This document shows, in pieces, positions 46,732 through 55,781 of a DNA stretch of 64,000 nt. The stretch's first letter is position 1. The number at the start of each line of letters is the position of its first letter. The notes beneath the pieces are model-generated. The model saw only the letters and a program-made list of their open reading frames with translations. It was not told where the DNA came from and ran no database searches. Position numbers and translations under genes: made by a program. The DNA comes from Candidatus Methylomirabilia bacterium (GTDB lineage: Bacteria; Methylomirabilota; Methylomirabilia; Rokubacteriales; CSP1-6): positions 2,947-66,946 of the forward strand of contig JBGQLG010000006.1 in the NCBI GenBank assembly GCA_041499965.1. The letters run 5' to 3'.

Positions 46732-47779
46732 GGCGGCTGACCGCTCGCCAGTAGGCCGCGAACACGGGATCGAGCACCCAGCGGACGGCCGCGGTGGCGA
46801 CCGGCCCGAACGCGAAGCGCGCGGAGAGAAACGGCACCAGGTCGCGATCCCGCCGCCGCCGCAGCGCCTGCACGGCCCGGCGCTTGGCCACCAGGTAGCG
46901 CCAGCTGGCCGGTCGCGCGAAGAAGCCGTACACGGCCAGGCGCTCGCCGAGCCAGCCGCGGCGCGCCGCGTAGAGCAGGCCCACCGGCTCGAACGCCAGC
47001 AGGGCGGGCGCGAGCAGCGCCAGCGTCGCGGCGCGATAGTGCGTCAGCACGTTGATCAGCCGGTTGCGCTCGACGTAGTGCCACTTGCGCTTCCAGGCCG
47101 GTCGGGCGAAGTCGTAGTCGTGGTGCACGACGGCGGCGGGAGCCAGCAGGCACTCCCAGCCGGCCAGCCGCAGCCGCCAGCCGAGGTCGGAGTCCTCGTG
47201 GTACATGAACAGCGCCGGGTCGAAGGTGCCGACCGCGCGGAGCGCGGCCGCCCGGTAGAGCACGGCGGCCCCGCTGGCGTAGGCGATCGGCTGCACGGCC
47301 AGCGGCCGGTCCGGCTCGCCGTCGCCACCGACGAAGCCCACGCCGAGGTAGTGCAGCGCGTTGCCCCGCGAGTGGATGACGACGCGGCCGTCGGGCTCGG
47401 TTCGCAGCAGCTTGGGCTGGACGGCGCCGGCCGCGGGGTGCGCCTCGGCCACGTCCACCAGTGCGGCCAGCGCGTCAGGCTCGAGGTACGTGTCCTGGGT
47501 GACGACGACGACGTAGTCGGCGCCGCCCGCCAGCGCCTGCTGCATGCCGAGCGCGTTGCCGCCCGCGTAGCCCGTGTTGGTGCCCGGCACGAGCACCGAC
47601 ACCCCTGGCGCGCGCTCGGCGAACCAGCGCGCGGCCAGCTGCTCGGGGCCGTTCTCGACCACGATCAGACGCCACCGCTCGGCCGGGTAACTCTGACCGT
47701 GCAGACCCGACCACAACCGCTCGAGATGCCGGGTGCCGTCGTAGGTGACGAGGAGGACAGTGACGGCCGGGTCGCTCAC
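46718..47779 (-). CDS. family 2 glycosyltransferase (rhamnosyltransferase-like, with C-terminal membrane-associated region)
   Basis: GTG 47779 makes a GTGA overlap with the MOSC stop. ...VTVLLVTYDGTRHLERLWSGL...NTGYAGGNN-like...YHEDSDLGWRLRLAG. The 3' end overlaps the convergent GT4 gene by 14 nt. Confidence 0.8.
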   Translation of the reverse strand: MSDPAVTVLLVTYDGTRHLERLWSGLHGQSYPAERWRLIVVENGPEQLAARWFAERAPGVSVLVPGTNTGYAGGNALGMQQALAGGADYVVVVTQDTYLEPDALAALVDVAEAHPAAGAVQPKLLRTEPDGRVVIHSRGNALHYLGVGFVGGDGEPDRPLAVQPIAYASGAAVLYRAAALRAVGTFDPALFMYHEDSDLGWRLRLAGWECLLAPAAVVHHDYDFARPAWKRKWHYVERNRLINVLTHYRAATLALLAPALLAFEPVGLLYAARRGWLGERLAVYGFFARPASWRYLVAKRRAVQALRRRRDRDLVPFLSARFAFGPVATAAVRWVLDPVFAAYWRAVSRLIVW

Positions 47780-48282
47780 CGCGCCGGGGCGCCGAGCCGG
47801 GCCGCCTCGCGCTCGCCCACGACGCGGACGCCGTCGCCTGCGTGCAGTGTACCCTCGGCCAGCACGCACGCGTACACGCGACTCCAGCCGGGGTGGCGCT
47901 TCTGCGAGACGCGGCCGTTGTCGTGCTCGCGGAAAACGGGTGCGATGGTGACGCAGGGGCTCGTGTAGCGCGTCACCTGCAGCAGCACCCGCTCGCCGAG
48001 CAGCAGGCGCGTGTCGGGCACCACCAGGCTCCAGTCGAGGCCCTCGGTGGTGACGTTCTCGCCGATGGCGCCGGCGGTGATGGCGTGGCCCTCGGCCGCC
48101 AGCGCGAGGATCGCCTCCTGGGGGAACAGGCACACGGCGCGCTCGGGACCGCCGTGGTGCCGCACGTCGCGATGGGCGTCGCCCTCCAGGCCGAGCCGGG
48201 TCACCCGCGCCGTCGCGACGCCCCGCTTGGGCACGCCGCCGGGGGACACGCTCAGCTGGACGATCCGCCCCGTGTCCGGCAC
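47776..48282 (-). CDS. MOSC domain-containing protein
   Basis: ...QLSVSPGGVPK...GLEGDAHRD..HHGGPERAVCLF...GENVTTEGLD...TSPC... includes the conserved MOSC Cys. Confidence 0.8.
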   Translation of the reverse strand: MPDTGRIVQLSVSPGGVPKRGVATARVTRLGLEGDAHRDVRHHGGPERAVCLFPQEAILALAAEGHAITAGAIGENVTTEGLDWSLVVPDTRLLLGERVLLQVTRYTSPCVTIAPVFREHDNGRVSQKRHPGWSRVYACVLAEGTLHAGDGVRVVGEREAARLGAPAR

Positions 48283-48283
48283 C

Positions 48284-48741
48284 TCAGGCGCCCTCGCGCT
48301 TGATCATGCGCTGGATGGTCGCCTCCAGCACGACCTCGTCGCGCTGGTTCAGCACGCGGTGCTTGTAGGTGACGATACCGCGGTCGGCCTTCTTCGTCTC
48401 CCGCTTGTCGGCGACCTCGATCTCCACCCGGATCGTGTCGCCCTCCAACACCGGGGCCACGACGCGCAGCTCGCCGCCCAGCCAGGCCATGCCGGTGCCG
48501 TGGATGAGACCGGTCTGCATGACGAGGCCCTCGCTGAGCGAGAAGGTCAGCGCGCCGGGGGCGGCCCGGCGGCCGAAGACCGACTCACGCTTGACGTACT
48601 CCATGTCGAGGAAGAGCGGCTCGGTGAAGCCGCACTGGTTCACGAAGTTGACGATGTCGGTCTCCGACACCGTGCGGGCCAGCGTGCGATGGACGTCGCC
48701 GATCGTGTGCCTCTCGAAGGTCACTCCGTGGGCGTGCATGG

Positions 48742-48745
<4 letters not shown>
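48284..48745 (-). CDS. MaoC-like (R)-hydratase / hotdog-fold dehydratase
   Basis: 153 aa. ...VSETDIVNFVNQCGFTEPLFLD...GLIHGTG... is a MaoC dehydratase-type motif. GTG 48745 overlaps the livF stop. Confidence 0.8.
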
Positions 48746-49461
<716 letters not shown>

Positions 49462-50217
49462 CGCGCCGGCCGAGATAGGCCTCGATCACGCGGGCGTCAC
49501 CCTGCACCTCGCGGGGCAGCCCCTCGGCGATCTTCTCGCCGTGGTCGAGCACGGTGACCCGGTCGGAGACTTCCATGACGACGCGCATGTTGTGCTCGAT
49601 CAGCAAGATGGCCACGCCGAGGTCGGCGACCAGCTTCCGGAGCAGCCCCATGAGGTGGCCGGCCTCGCCCTGGGTCATGCCGGCGGTGGGCTCGTCGAGC
49701 AGGAGCAGCGCGGGCTCCGAGGCCAGCGCGCGGGCCAGCTCCAGGCGGCGCTGGTCGCCGTACGGCAGGTTGCGGGCCAGCTCGTTGGCCTTGTCGTGCA
49801 GTCCGACGCGCCCCAGCAGCTCGCCGCCGCGCTGCCAGAGCCCGCGCTCCACGGTGTGGAATCTCGGGCGGTGGGTGAGCGCGTCCCAGAGGCCGAGGCG
49901 CACGCGGGCGTGCATGCCGACCAGCACGTTCTCGATCGCCGTCATGTTGGCGAACAGGCGGATGTTCTGGAACGTGCGGCACACGCCGAGCGCGGTGATC
50001 TGATCGGGCCGCAGGCCCACCAGCGAGCGGCCTCGGAACGTCACCTCGCCGTCGTCGGGCTCGTAGAGGCCGGTGAACACGTTGAACAGCGTCGTCTTGC
50101 CGGCGCCGTTGGGGCCGATGATCGACGAGATGCCGTGGTCGAGCGTGTAGTCGACCCGGTTGATCGCCAGCAGGCCGCCGAAGCGCTTGGTGATGCCCTG
50201 GGCCGAGAACAGCGCGG

Positions 50218-51432
50218 TCACGGAGCCGTCGGCGGGGGCGGCGGGTGGGCCAGCTCGCGCTGGCGGCGCCGGGCGGGGAAGATGCCCTGCGGCCGGAAGA
50301 TCATCATGAGGACGAGGATCATGCCGAACACCATGCGCTCGTACTTGGCCGGCTCGAGCTGGGTGGGCAGGTTGGCCAGGTTGTAGCCGAGCACGGTGAC
50401 GCCGGCGTTCTTCAGCTCGTTGAGCCAGAGCGAGAAGCCCTTGAGGACTTGCAGGTTGAGGACGGTGACGACGGTGGCGCCCACCACGGCCCCCGGGATC
50501 GAGCCCATGCCGCCCAGGATCACCATGGCCAGCACGCCGATCGACTCCAGGAAGGTGAACGACTCGGGGTTGATGAAGATCTGCTTGGCCGAGAAGACCA
50601 CGCCCATCACGCCGGCGAAGGAGGCCCCGCACGCGAAGGCCAGAAGCTTGGCCCGGACCAGCGGCACGCCCATGGCCTGCGCGGCCATCTCGTCCTCCCG
50701 CATCGCCTCCCAGGCCCGCCCGATGTGGGAGTCCTCCAGCCGCCGGTTGACGACGATCACGACGACGACGATCAGCAGCACCAGGAAGTAGAAGGCCTCG
50801 TTGTACGGGATGCCGGGCGGCAAGGGCGGCCGCCCGATCGGCGTGATGCCCTTGGGGCCGTTGGTGAGGTTGATGGGCTTGTCGAGGTTGTTGGCCAGGA
50901 CGCGGATGACTTCGCCGAAGCCGAGCGTGACGATGGCCAGATAGTCGCCGCGCAGCCGCAGCACCGGCAACCCGAGCAGGACCCCCATGAGGGCGGCCAC
51001 CGCCAGGCCGACGAACAGGAAGACGTAGAACCAGCCCGGGGCCAGCGGGAAGCCGCCGCCGAAGATCAGGTTGGCGTGCGGCGAGCCGAAGATCGCCCAC
51101 GAATACGCGCCGACGGCGAAGAACGCCACGTAGCCGAGATCCAGCAAGCCGGCCAGGCCCACGACGATGTTCAGTCCGAGGGCGAGCGCGGCGAAGATGC
51201 CGACCTGGGTGGCCACCTCCAGGTAGTACCCGTTGAACGCGCCGATGCCCGGCATGAGTACGAGCAGGCCGAGGCCGAGCAGGCCCGCCCGCAGCCAGGC
51301 CGGGATGCGGCTCACGTAGACAAAGAGCAGCGAGCCCTGGAACAGGAGGAAGAGCAGGATGGAGCGCGGGAAGACGGCGACCAGGATGACCGACAGCGCG
51401 ACCGCCGCCGCCGCGGCCACCCCGCGGATCAT
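50218..51432 (-). CDS. livM: branched-chain amino acid-type ABC transporter permease (LivM family)
   Basis: ATG 51432 makes an ATGA overlap with the livH stop. ...GLNIVVGLAGLLDLGYVAFFAVGAY... Confidence 0.9.
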   Translation of the reverse strand: MIRGVAAAAAVALSVILVAVFPRSILLFLLFQGSLLFVYVSRIPAWLRAGLLGLGLLVLMPGIGAFNGYYLEVATQVGIFAALALGLNIVVGLAGLLDLGYVAFFAVGAYSWAIFGSPHANLIFGGGFPLAPGWFYVFLFVGLAVAALMGVLLGLPVLRLRGDYLAIVTLGFGEVIRVLANNLDKPINLTNGPKGITPIGRPPLPPGIPYNEAFYFLVLLIVVVVIVVNRRLEDSHIGRAWEAMREDEMAAQAMGVPLVRAKLLAFACGASFAGVMGVVFSAKQIFINPESFTFLESIGVLAMVILGGMGSIPGAVVGATVVTVLNLQVLKGFSLWLNELKNAGVTVLGYNLANLPTQLEPAKYERMVFGMILVLMMIFRPQGIFPARRRQRELAHPPPPPTAP

Positions 51433-52400
51433 GCGCGGCCCCGGACGACCTCGCCCAGCAAGCCCTTGGGCCGGAAGATCAGGATCAGGATGAGGACAGA
51501 GAAGGCGAAGATGTCCTTGTACTCGGCGCCGAATGCCCCGCCGGTGAGCAGCGACATATAGGAGGCCGCGAAGGCCTCGAGCAGGCCGAGCACGAGCCCG
51601 CCGAGCATCGCGCCCGGAATGTTGCCGACGCCGCCCAGCACCGCGGCCGTGAAGGCCTTCAGCCCCGGGATGAACCCGGTGTACGGATTGATCAGGCTGT
51701 ACTGGATGCCGAACAGCACGCCGGCGGCGCCGCCCATGGCACCCCCGATGAGGAACGTGAGCGAGATGACCCGATTCACGTTGATGCCCATCAGGCTGGC
51801 TGCCGCCTGGTCCTCGGCCACCGCGCGGATGGCCGTGCCGATCTTCGTGCGGTTCACCAGCACGTGCAGGCCGGCCAGCATCAGCAGCGCGGCCACGATG
51901 ACCACCAGCGAGCGCACCGAGACGTCCAGCGTGCTGGTCAGCTCGAAGCGGCGGTTCATCACGTCCATGGTCGGATAGACCAGGTTGAAGGCGTTGCGCC
52001 AGATCGACTCGATCAGCCGGATGACATCCTGCAGGAAGAACGACACGCCGATGGCCGAGATCAGCGGGATCAGGCGGGGGGCGGCACGCAGCGGCCGGTA
52101 GGCGACGCGCTCGACGGTGACGGCCAGCAGGCCGCTGGCCAGCATGCCGGCCAGGATCACGAGGATGAGCACGACGACCCAGGGGATGCGCGCGAGCCAG
52201 CCGGCCGACTGCAGCGACAGGAGAATCTCGACACCCACGAACGCGCCAAAGATGAAGATCTCGGAGTGCGCAAAGTTGATGAATTCGAGCACGCCGTAGA
52301 CCATGGTGTAGCCGAGCGCGATCAGGGCGTACATGAAGCCGAGCAGGATCCCGTCGAGCAGGACCTGGGGGAAGATGCCGATGAGAAGCTCGTAGTCCAT
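51429..52400 (-). CDS. livH: branched-chain amino acid-type ABC transporter permease (LivH family)
   Basis: ...LLDGILLGFMYALIALGYTMVYGVLEFINFAHSE... is the LivH N-terminus. Confidence 0.9.
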   Translation of the reverse strand: MDYELLIGIFPQVLLDGILLGFMYALIALGYTMVYGVLEFINFAHSEIFIFGAFVGVEILLSLQSAGWLARIPWVVVLILVILAGMLASGLLAVTVERVAYRPLRAAPRLIPLISAIGVSFFLQDVIRLIESIWRNAFNLVYPTMDVMNRRFELTSTLDVSVRSLVVIVAALLMLAGLHVLVNRTKIGTAIRAVAEDQAAASLMGINVNRVISLTFLIGGAMGGAAGVLFGIQYSLINPYTGFIPGLKAFTAAVLGGVGNIPGAMLGGLVLGLLEAFAASYMSLLTGGAFGAEYKDIFAFSVLILILIFRPKGLLGEVVRGRA

Positions 52401-52447
52401 CAGAAGCCTGCGCGGCCGGGGGGCGCCGGCCGCCGCCGAGGGTGAGC

Positions 52448-52530
52448 CAGGAGGGGGAAGTGGGGGCGGGGGGCCGCCGAGACCTTGGCCTCGGGGCGTG
52501 CCGGCTCCCCGCCCCCACTCACCCCTCCTG
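52448..52530 (-). promoter_or_regulatory. long intercistronic stem-loop between the binding-protein gene and livH
   Basis: The 24-nt arms CAGGAGGGGGAAGTGGGGGCGGGG (52448-71) and CCCCGCCCCCACTCACCCCTCCTG (52507-30) match at 22/24. A nested CCGAG...CTCGG hairpin sits in the loop. Confidence 0.45.
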
Positions 52531-52538
52531 ACCGCGCG

Positions 52539-53735
52539 CTACTTCGCGGCCGGGGCCGCGATCGTGAGCTGCTTGACGATCTTGTTGTCGCCCCACTTCT
52601 CGGGGTTGTCGCTGACGACCTGGAGCACGAAGTACAGCGCCTTCTTGCGGTCGCCTTTGCCGTCGAACTCGATCTCGCCGGTGATCCCCTTGTGCTTGAC
52701 CTTGCGCACCGCCGCCGAGACGTCCTCGCGGCTGGGAACCTTGCCGCCCTTGGCCGCGGCCTCGATGCCCTTCAGCGCGATGGCGGTGGCGTCGTAGGCC
52801 TCGGCCGCGTACGGCTCCGGGTTCTTGCTGAACTTCTTCTTGAAGTCGTCCACGAAGCCCTTGGCGCCGGCCAGCGCCGAGGCTGGACCCGCCGCCGACG
52901 TGTAGTACATGCCGACGACGGCCTTGCCGGCGATCTTGGTGAGGTCGGAGGAGTCCATGCCGTCGGGGCCCATGAACTTCGCCTTGATGCCCTTCTCGCT
53001 GGCCTGCTTGAAGAACGGCGCGCCCTGGTCGTAGATGCCGCCGAAGTAGATGAGACTGGGGTTCTTGGCCTTGATCGGCGTGAGGATGGCGTCGAAGTTC
53101 GACTTCTCCTCGGTGCCGTCGAAGCCGGCCACGGTGAGGCCCTTCTTCTTGGCGTCGTCGCGGAAGAACTCGGCCACGCCCTGCCCGTAGGTGGTCTTGT
53201 CGTGCACGATGTAGACGCTCTTGGCCTTCACGGTGCCGGCGGCGAACTCCGAGCCGACCACGCCTTGCACGTCGTCCCGGCCGCACACGCGATTGACGTT
53301 GCCGTAGCCGCGGTCGGTGACGGTCGGGTTGGTGTTGGCCGGGGAGATCATCGCGAGACCGACTTCCTTGTAAACCTCCGAGGAGGGGATGGCCACACCG
53401 GAGTTCAGGTGGCCGATCACCGCCAGGATGTCCTTGTCGGCGATGATGTTCTTGCTGTTGGCCACGCCGACGTCGGGCTTGGCCTGGTCGTCGAACGGCA
53501 CGAGCTCGACCTTGAATCCGGCCTTCTCGAGCGGGCCCTTGAACTTCTCCAGGGCCAGCTGGGCGCCGAGCTTGATGCCCTCGCCGAGCGCCGCCTGGCC
53601 GCCGGAGAGCGGGCTCTGGGTGGCGATCTTGATGGTGCCCTTGCCCTGGGCCTGGAGCGGAGAGGCCCCCGGCAGCAGGGCGACGGCGGCCGCCAGGCAA
53701 AGGACCAGGGCGCCGCGTACGTACGTCGAGTTCAT
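52539..53735 (-). CDS. ABC transporter periplasmic substrate-binding protein (LivK/LivJ, Peripla_BP_6 family)
   Basis: 398 aa. The signal peptide is MNSTYVRGALVLCLAAAVALLPGASPLQA. ...IKIATQSPLSGGQAALGEGI... The ligand cannot be told from sequence. Confidence 0.9.
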   Translation of the reverse strand: MNSTYVRGALVLCLAAAVALLPGASPLQAQGKGTIKIATQSPLSGGQAALGEGIKLGAQLALEKFKGPLEKAGFKVELVPFDDQAKPDVGVANSKNIIADKDILAVIGHLNSGVAIPSSEVYKEVGLAMISPANTNPTVTDRGYGNVNRVCGRDDVQGVVGSEFAAGTVKAKSVYIVHDKTTYGQGVAEFFRDDAKKKGLTVAGFDGTEEKSNFDAILTPIKAKNPSLIYFGGIYDQGAPFFKQASEKGIKAKFMGPDGMDSSDLTKIAGKAVVGMYYTSAAGPASALAGAKGFVDDFKKKFSKNPEPYAAEAYDATAIALKGIEAAAKGGKVPSREDVSAAVRKVKHKGITGEIEFDGKGDRKKALYFVLQVVSDNPEKWGDNKIVKQLTIAAPAAK

Positions 53736-53779
53736 GGGAGCCTCCTTGATCGGTGAATCAGTGATTTACGCGCCGCCAA

Positions 53780-53807
53780 TCTATAGCGCCGGCCGGGGGG
53801 CGGTCAA
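53780..53807 (-). promoter_or_regulatory. candidate sigma-70-type promoter for the liv-type operon, overlapping the thiE stop codon
   Basis: On the minus strand, TTGACC (53807-02), a 16-nt spacer, then TATAGA (53785-80). An AT-rich palindrome GTGAATCA-G-TGATTTAC (53753-69) and AAGGAGG lie downstream, before the ATG at 53735. Confidence 0.4.
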
Positions 53808-54428
53808 GCCCCGCGCCGTGCGGATCAGCGCGACGAAGCGCTCGCACGCCGCCCGCGGATCGTCGGCGGCGCCCACCGCCGAGATGACGGCGACGGCGTC
53901 GGCGCCCGCGCGAATGACGTCCTGCACGTTGTCGTGCGTGATCCCGCCGATGCCTATCAACGGAACACGGATCTCGCCTCGGAGTTTCCTCACCAGGTCG
54001 GGTCCGACCAGCTCGAAGTCGGCCTTGCTCCGCGTGGCGAACATGGAGCCCACCGCGACGTAGTCGGCGCCATCGGCCTGCGCCGCGCGGGCCTGGGCCA
54101 CGGTGTGCGACGAGACGCCGAGGATCATGCCCGGGCGCAGCAGCGGGCGGGCCACGCGCGCCGGCAGATCGTCCTGGCCGAGGTGCACGCCGTCGGCGCC
54201 CACCGCGAGCGCCAGGTCGACCCGGTCGTTGACGATGAAGGTCACGCCGGCGTCCCCGCAGCGCGCGCGCAGGCGCTCCGCGAGGGGGAGCAACCGGCCG
54301 GAGGGCCATTCCTTCTCGCGCAGCTGCACCATGCGGCAGCCGCCGGCGACGGCGGCGGCGAGAATCTCGAGCAGATCCCGTCCGCGGGCGGCGCCGCGGT
54401 CGAGGATCACGTAGAGCGTGGGATCCAT
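53781..54428 (-). CDS. thiE: thiamine-phosphate synthase
   Basis: ATG 54428 is in frame with ORF 53781..54761. MDPTLYVILD...VQLREK...FIVNDRVDLALAVGADGVHLGQDD...GVSSH...ADYVAVG..F.T.SK is ThiE. Confidence 0.9.
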   Translation of the reverse strand: MDPTLYVILDRGAARGRDLLEILAAAVAGGCRMVQLREKEWPSGRLLPLAERLRARCGDAGVTFIVNDRVDLALAVGADGVHLGQDDLPARVARPLLRPGMILGVSSHTVAQARAAQADGADYVAVGSMFATRSKADFELVGPDLVRKLRGEIRVPLIGIGGITHDNVQDVIRAGADAVAVISAVGAADDPRAACERFVALIRTARGLTAPRPAL

Positions 54429-55771
54429 CAGGCGGCGGCCAGGCGGGCGCCGTCGACGCTCGTGAAGCGCCCCTCGACGAAGGCGGGATCGGCCAGGACC
54501 CGCAGGTGGAAGGGGATCGTCGTCTTCACGCCTTCCACGAGCGTCTCGAACAGCGCCCGGCGCATCCGGTCGATGGCCTCGGCGCGGTCGTGGCCGTACA
54601 CGACGATCTTGGCCAGCAGCGAGTCGTAGAACGGCGGCACCACGTAGGGCGCCATCAGGTGGCTGTCGACGCGCACGCCGAATCCGCCGGGCGGGATCCA
54701 CGCGGTCACCCGGCCGGCGCTGGGCGCGAACGTCACCGGGTCCTCCGCGTTCACGCGGCACTCGATCGCATGGCCGGCCAGGCGCACGTCGTCCTGGCGG
54801 TAGCCGAGCGCTTCGCCGGCGGCCACGCGGATCTGCTCGCGGATGAGGTCGATGCCGGTGATCATCTCGGTCACCGCGTGCTCGACCTGGATGCGCGTGT
54901 TCATCTCGATGAAGTAGAAGTCGCCGCTCTGGGCGTCGACGAGGAACTCGACGGTGCCGGCGCTCGCGTAGTTCACGGCCGCGGCGGCGGCCAGGGCCGC
55001 CTTGTGCAGGCCCGCCCGCGTCTCGGCCGGCAGCGACGGCGCCGGCGACTCCTCGACGAGCTTCTGGTGGCGCCGCTGCACCGAGCAGTCCCGCTCACCC
55101 AGGTGCAGCCGCATGCCGTTCCGGTCGCCGAGCACCTGCACCTCGACGTGGCGGGCCGCTTCGATGTACTGCTCGCAGTAGATCTCCGAGGAGCCGAAGG
55201 CCGCCCCGGCCTCGGCCTGGCAGGCCGCGAACGCCGGTCCCACCTCGGCCCGGCCGCGCACGATGCGCATGCCGCGCCCGCCGCCGCCGGCGGCCGCCTT
55301 GAAGATGACCGGGTAGCCGGTGGCGTCGGCGACCTCGATGGCCTCGGCCTCGTCTTTGAGCGGCAGCTCACTGCCCGGCACCACCGGCACCCCGGCCTGC
55401 CGGGCGATCACCCGCGCCTGCGCCTTGTCGCCCATAAGGCGGATGGCCTCGGGCGAGGGGCCGATGAAGGTGAGGCCGCACGCCCGGCAGATGTCGGCGA
55501 AGGCCGGGTTCTCGGCCAGGAACCCGTAGCCGGGATGGATGGCCTCGCTGTCGGTCACGACCGCAGCCGAGATGATCGAGGCGAGGTTGAGGTAGCTCGA
55601 GCGCGCGTCGTCGGGGCCCACGCAGATCGACTCGTCGGCGAGGCGCACGGGCAGTGACTGCGCGTCGGCCGTGGAGTGCGCGATGACGGTCCGGATGCCC
55701 ATCTCGCGGCAGGTCCGGATGATGCGCAGCGCGATCTCGCCGCGATTGGCGATCAGGATCTTGTGGAACAT
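54428..55771 (-). CDS. accC: acetyl-CoA carboxylase biotin carboxylase subunit
   Basis: MFHKILIANRGEIALRIIRTCREMGI...GGGGRGMRIV...EMNTRIQVEH is AccC. Confidence 0.96.
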   Translation of the reverse strand: MFHKILIANRGEIALRIIRTCREMGIRTVIAHSTADAQSLPVRLADESICVGPDDARSSYLNLASIISAAVVTDSEAIHPGYGFLAENPAFADICRACGLTFIGPSPEAIRLMGDKAQARVIARQAGVPVVPGSELPLKDEAEAIEVADATGYPVIFKAAAGGGGRGMRIVRGRAEVGPAFAACQAEAGAAFGSSEIYCEQYIEAARHVEVQVLGDRNGMRLHLGERDCSVQRRHQKLVEESPAPSLPAETRAGLHKAALAAAAAVNYASAGTVEFLVDAQSGDFYFIEMNTRIQVEHAVTEMITGIDLIREQIRVAAGEALGYRQDDVRLAGHAIECRVNAEDPVTFAPSAGRVTAWIPPGGFGVRVDSHLMAPYVVPPFYDSLLAKIVVYGHDRAEAIDRMRRALFETLVEGVKTTIPFHLRVLADPAFVEGRFTSVDGARLAAA

Positions 55772-55781
55772 GCCCGCGCGG

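Noticed and set aside
54426-54430. TPP riboswitch expected upstream of thiE (and thiL).
   Set aside because: Both genes begin by overlapping the stop codon of the preceding gene (accC and trpG respectively), leaving no leader region.
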